A DNA stretch of 64,000 bases from Eledone cirrhosa (lineage: Eukaryota). This document shows, piece after piece, positions 60,021 through 64,000 of this stretch. The notes below the pieces were generated by a model that was not told where the DNA came from, made no database searches, and worked only from the letters and a program-made list of their open reading frames with translations. The position numbers were made by a program, and so were the translations under genes. Position 1 is the stretch's first letter. Every line of letters begins with the position of its first letter. The stretch lies in assembly GCA_964016885.1 (NCBI GenBank), contig OZ024746.1:32736001-32800000 (forward strand), read 5' to 3'.

Positions 60021-61020
60021 TCTTCTGGTTTTATAATTTCACAAATTTTTGCCAATAGGGAGAGAGTTGGTTTCTAAGATAGTTACAAGACTCTCTCAGT
60101 TACACAACATCAACTAGGTAGATATGTATGCATGTCTGCATGCATGGATGTTATTGTACGTGTGGATGTGTATGTTTTGAGTTGTATGTGTGCGTGTGTA
60201 TCTATACAAGTGTATATGCAGGTATTCGATGCACAATTTTTGGAATGTTTTACATATTTTTACTGTTCCATATTAATGGATTGTACTTGTAATTTCCTAA
60301 CTAGTTGTGTTCTTGCTGTTCCTGTGAAGCCCAACTTCCCAAGATTTGTATTGAGGCAGTTTCTAACATATCCCAGTGTTCCAATAACCACAGGCATAAA
60401 TCTGAAGGTATAATCAGGGTGGAGTTGCAGGTTTCTCATTAGCTCTGCATAAATATTCTCCTTTTCGCTAATCTTTGATATTATATTGGCATCTGCTGGA
60501 CAGCTAACTTCCACTACTGTGCATGCCTTCTTTTCCCTGTCCCATATCATTATATCTGGTCTGTTATGTTTGCATTTTATTGGGGTTTTTACTGTACATT
60601 CCACCAGTACTCTTTCATATTATGTATATGTATGTCTTCCACATTGCTGTAGCTTTTAATATGTTTATTATCGGGACTATCATTTTTACGGATTGCATTG
60701 TATAGTGTTTTTGCCACTACATCATGCCTCATAGGTAGATAGTACCGCGATGACATCTTTGGACAGCTGCTGATGATATGGGTGACATCTTCGATGTTAA
60801 TTTTGCTGAGTCTGCACTTTTTATCACATCTAGGTGTTTTGCCTGCATCCCTATCTCTTTGGTGAATCAGGTATTTCGTGTTGATTTCCTGTTCTTGGAT
60901 TGCAAAAGCGTATCCTTCAAAGCGGGAGCCAAAATAGCGGTTGTTGGTCCAAGATAGACCACTTTGTTTATCTATATTACTCTCACTCTGGAGCTTCCTT
61001 GCAACAGTTTTTCATCCATG
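60021..61020 (-). mobile_element. 5'-truncated non-LTR retrotransposon with a restriction-like endonuclease (R4/Dong-like), including its probable 3' UTR (~60021-60230)
   Basis: Hand translation of the minus strand gives HG*KTVARK...FEGYAFAIQEQEINTKY...KCRLSKINIEDVTHIISSCPKMSSRYYLPMRHDVVAK...EYWWN, then HNRPDIMIWDREKKACTVVEVSCP...KISEKENIYAEL...FMPVVIGTLG. These are the CCHC knuckle, RHD and PD-x(n)-E-x(n)-K-xxxY motifs of RLE-class elements. Clade assignment is from motif recognition, not a search. Confidence 0.88.
60230..61020 (-). pseudogene. Disrupted C-terminal ORF of the retrotransposon (zinc knuckle plus restriction-like endonuclease)
   Basis: The disruptions are an in-frame TGA after HG (61012-61014), a second knuckle Cys reading Ser (CRLS), a frameshift near 60595 (WWNV to VKTPIKCKHNRPD) and a frameshift near 60270 (SIN to GTVKICKTFQK). 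No reverse transcriptase domain is present. Confidence 0.85.
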
Positions 61021-61040
61021 TATGCATGTATGTATGTATT
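61017..61040. repeat. Short imperfect (TATG)n tract
   Basis: CATGTATGCATGTATGTATGTATT. Confidence 0.85.
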
Positions 61041-61043
61041 ATG

Positions 61044-61568
61044 GTCAGGTCACTTTTGAGCGTTACTGGTAACATTTAAACCTGGACAACCTGTGCAAGG
61101 TCAGGTTGTCGCCGACAAAACCGGCAACAACCCCACCAAGCCTGCTTAGTGAGGAAGGGGATTTAAGACACCATGCGGGATGAAAAACAAAACCCGTCAA
61201 AGGGCGGCGGAACTCAGGAGAGTCAACGGCCATCCAATAAATTTTGTTATTGTAGAACTCCTAGTCTTTATGAAGACATCTCTCTAGGAGAAGGTCACTC
61301 TGATATAAAACCTGCGACTGAGACTTGGTTTGCATCCAATGATGGATAAATACATTCGATGTTCAGAGAGTGGGATTGACCCCGTGCAAAGACTTTCCTC
61401 ACTTAAAAAAGCTTCAAGCACTAGCATCGCTTGAAATGTGACATTTTTTGCGATGCATGTCATTGCTGACCATAGGTGAATCCCTAGCAGGACTAAAAAG
61501 CCATGTCCGTGGTGCTCATGTTTGAGTATGAAGCGATGACATTACTTGAAATCGAGTTGCAGCCATCA
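61044..61568 (+). mobile_element. Short non-autonomous retroelement, diverged subfamily copy (probably RTE-derived)
   Basis: It starts GTCAGGTCAC like the copies at 61602 and 63168. It shares TACTGGTAACAT, ACAACCTG, CCCCACCAAG, CTAGGAGAAGG..ACTCTGATATAA and GAGAGTGGGA. It ends with an ORF remnant [14 protein letters not shown] (61481-61525) and CGAGTTGCAGCCATCA followed by (TGTA)n. Confidence 0.8.
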
Positions 61569-61601
61569 TGTATGTATGTATGTATGTATGTATGTATATA
61601 T
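61569..61601. repeat. (TGTA)n tail
   Basis: About 7 TGTA units followed by TATAT. Confidence 0.95.
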
Positions 61602-62238
61602 GTCAGGTCACCAGTTGGTGCTACTGGTAACATGTATCCCAGTACAACCTGACCCATGGTCGGGTCGTTGGCGACTAAACTGGCAACCCCACCAAGGTTT
61701 CTTGGTGAGGAGGGTGACTTTGGACATCCTGCAGGACTAAAAACAAAACCTGTCAAAGGGCAAAGGAGCTCTTAAGAGTCAATGGCCATCCAAAATCACC
61801 GGGAGAGATGACCCCTTAGCCTTTGTCAAGGCAGAATTCTAGGAGAAAGAAAACTCTGATATAACACCTGCAACCCTGATGGTATCCAATGATGTTGACT
61901 TGTTCTTCTTTTTGGTAAATATCATCTTGGTAAAGAGAGTGGGACTGGCTTTGTGCAGTGCCTTTGCTCACTATAAAAGCTTCACGGCACAGGTATTGCT
62001 TTATATCTGGAGATCTCTCTGCACTTGTCCTCACATGCGCCCAGCACTGTGTGTCAATAATTGTCCTACCATGGGCCCAGCACTATGTGGCAATAATTGT
62101 CACAGGTGTAGTGTTTGTACCAGAGGTTTCAAGTCGCTGGCTGGACTAAAAAGTCACACTCGTTCAGCGCTTCGGTAGGGGTTATCCTACATGGATGTAA
62201 AGTAGTGGCCGTACTCGAAAACGAGTTGGCAGCCACCA
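61602..62238 (+). mobile_element. Short non-autonomous retroelement, ~637 bp (probably RTE-derived, bipartite)
   Basis: Near-identical to 63168-63776 (offset 1566 at the start). It has a hairpin-rich head, a C2H2-like ORF end [23 protein letters not shown] (62107-62178), a 3' stem-loop and a microsatellite tail. Confidence 0.85.
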
Positions 62239-62306
62239 TATATATGTATATACATATATGTATATACATATGTATGTATATATATATATGTATATACATA
62301 TATATG

Positions 62307-62342
<36 letters not shown>

Positions 62343-62580
62343 TATGTATATACATATATATGTATGTATATATATATATATATATGTATATACATATATA
62401 TGTATATATATATATATGTATATACATATATATGTATATATATATGTATGTATATATGTATGTATATATATATGTATGTATATATATATGTATATATATG
62501 TATGTATATATATATGTATGTATATATATATGTATATGCATATATATGTATATATATATGTATGTATATACATATATATG

Positions 62581-62615
<35 letters not shown>

Positions 62616-62948
62616 GTATGTATATATATATATATGTATGTATATATGTATATATGTATGTATATATATATATATGTATGTATATATATATATATATCTA
62701 TGTATGTATGTATATATATATATATATCTATGTATGTATGTATATATATATATATATCTATGTATGTATGTATATATATATATATATCTATGTATGTATG
62801 TATATATATATATATATCTATGTATGTATGTATATATGTATGTATATATATGTATGTATGTATATATATATATATATGTATGTATGTATATATGTATATA
62901 TATGTGTATGTATATATGTATGTATATATATATATATATCTATGTATG

Positions 62949-62995
<47 letters not shown>

Positions 62996-63066
62996 ATATG
63001 TATGTATATGTATGTATATATGTGTATGTATATATGTATGTATATATATATATATATCTATGTATG

Positions 63067-63111
<45 letters not shown>

Positions 63112-63167
63112 ATATGTATGTATGTGTATATATGTATGTATGTATATATATATGTATATATATATAT
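62239..63167. repeat. ~930-bp compound (TA)n/(TATG)n microsatellite
   Basis: Seen directly. It includes TACA units on the left and a 30-bp sub-repeat TGTATGTATGTATATATATATATATATCTA x4 at 62701-62820. Confidence 0.98.
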
Positions 63168-63776
63168 GTCAGGTCACCAGTTGGTGCTACTGGTAACATG
63201 TATCCCAGTACAACCTGTCCCATGGTCGGGTCGTTGGCGACTAAACTGGCAACCCCACCAAGGTTTCTTGGTGAGGAGGGTGACTTTGGACATCCTGCAG
63301 GACTAAAAACAAGACCTGTCAAAGGGCAAAGGAGCTCTTAAGAGTCAATGGCCATCCAAAATCACCGGGAGAGATGACCCCTTAGCCTTTGTCAAGGCAG
63401 AATTCTAGGAGAAGGAAAACTCTGATATAACACCTGCAACTCTGATGGTATCCAATGATGTTGACTTGTTCTTCTTTTTGGTAAATATCATCTTGGTTAA
63501 GAGAGTGGGACTGGCTTTGTGCAGTGCCTTTGCTCACTATAAAAGCTTCACGGCACAGGCATTGCTTTATATCTGGAGATCTCTCTGCACTTGTCGTCAC
63601 AGGGTACCATGGCCCCAGCACTATGTGTCAATATTTGTCACAAGTGTAGTGTTTGTACCAGAGTTTTCAAGTCGCTGGCTGGACTAAAAGGTCACACTCG
63701 TTCAGTGCATCGGTAGGGGTTCTCCTATATGGATATAAAGTAGTGGCCGTACTCGAAAACGAGTTGGCAGCCACCA
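63168..63776 (+). mobile_element. Short non-autonomous retroelement, ~609 bp (probably RTE-derived, bipartite)
   Basis: Second full copy of 61602-62238. It encodes an intact C2H2 pattern [23 protein letters not shown] (63645-63716) and ends GCAGCCACCA followed by (TGTA)n. Confidence 0.85.
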
Positions 63777-63797
63777 TGTATGTATGTATGTATGTAT
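63777..63797. repeat. (TGTA)n tail
   Basis: Five TGTA units. Confidence 0.95.
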
Positions 63798-63798
63798 T

Positions 63799-64000
63799 GG
63801 GAGAGATGACCCCTTAGCCTTTGTCAAGGCAGAATTCTAGGAGAAGGAAAACTCTGATATAACACCTGCAACCCTGATGGTATCCAATGATGTTGACTTG
63901 TTCTTCTTTTTGGTAAATATCATCTTGGTTAAGAGAGTGGGACTGGCTTTGTGCAGTGCCTTTGCTCACTATAAAAGCTTCACGGCACAGGCATTGCTTT
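63799..64000 (+). mobile_element. 5'-truncated copy of the same short retroelement, running off the window
   Basis: It begins GGGAGAGATGACCCCTTAGCC (equivalent to 61801, ~200 nt into the element) and is nearly identical to 63367-63568. Confidence 0.88.

Noticed and set aside
60132-60705. Plus-strand ORFs 60132-60413 and 60523-60705
   Set aside because: They are antisense shadows of the retrotransposon ORF with no recognisable motifs.
61602-61690. Canonical HDV-like ribozyme (GTCAGGT/ACCTGAC, CCAGT/ACTGG, GGTAAC and C-TAA motifs)
   Set aside because: I could not place the P3/L3 (UCCNCGY) and P1.1 elements in the required order, and the putative P1 is broken in the other two copies. It is kept only as an unspecified structured-RNA candidate.
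61493-63687. Y/I/M/C/V-rich ORFs up to 408 aa and short ORFs overlapping the repeats
   Set aside because: These are stop-free translations of the TA/TATG microsatellite or incidental frames of the non-coding element. Only the terminal C2H2 remnant shows protein-level signal.

Overview
This looks like repeat-rich eukaryotic (probably invertebrate) genomic DNA with no credible intact protein-coding gene. Bases 1-~59140 are one head-to-tail array of about 1,480 copies of a 40-bp unit, CAACCTACAACACCCA(T/A)CCAAACAGT(A/C)CAC(C/T)CCTACATTC, which is extremely strand-asymmetric (18 C, 15 A, 6 T, 1 G). Rare unit variants reveal nested duplications of 120 bp, 161 bp, 760 bp, ~2.2 kb, 4657 bp, ~4.9 kb, ~6.25 kb and ~14.2-14.3 kb. 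Copies of one block show a polarised lineage, with the copy nearest the unique flank as outgroup. An indel-rich stretch at ~39.5-43 kb looks like an assembly artefact. The array decays at ~59140-59330 and is followed by a (TTTC)n tract and a retroelement cluster. The cluster holds a 5'-truncated, frameshifted R4/Dong-like non-LTR retrotransposon on the minus strand, flanked by (TATG)n. It also holds a head-to-tail train of short non-autonomous elements (structured head, C2H2-finger remnant, 3' stem-loop, (TATG)n tail), probably RTE-derived. The long ORFs in the ORF track are artefacts of repeat composition. I found no firm evidence of a new biological system; the best leads are the telomere-like polarised array and the (TATG)n-centred retroelement cluster.
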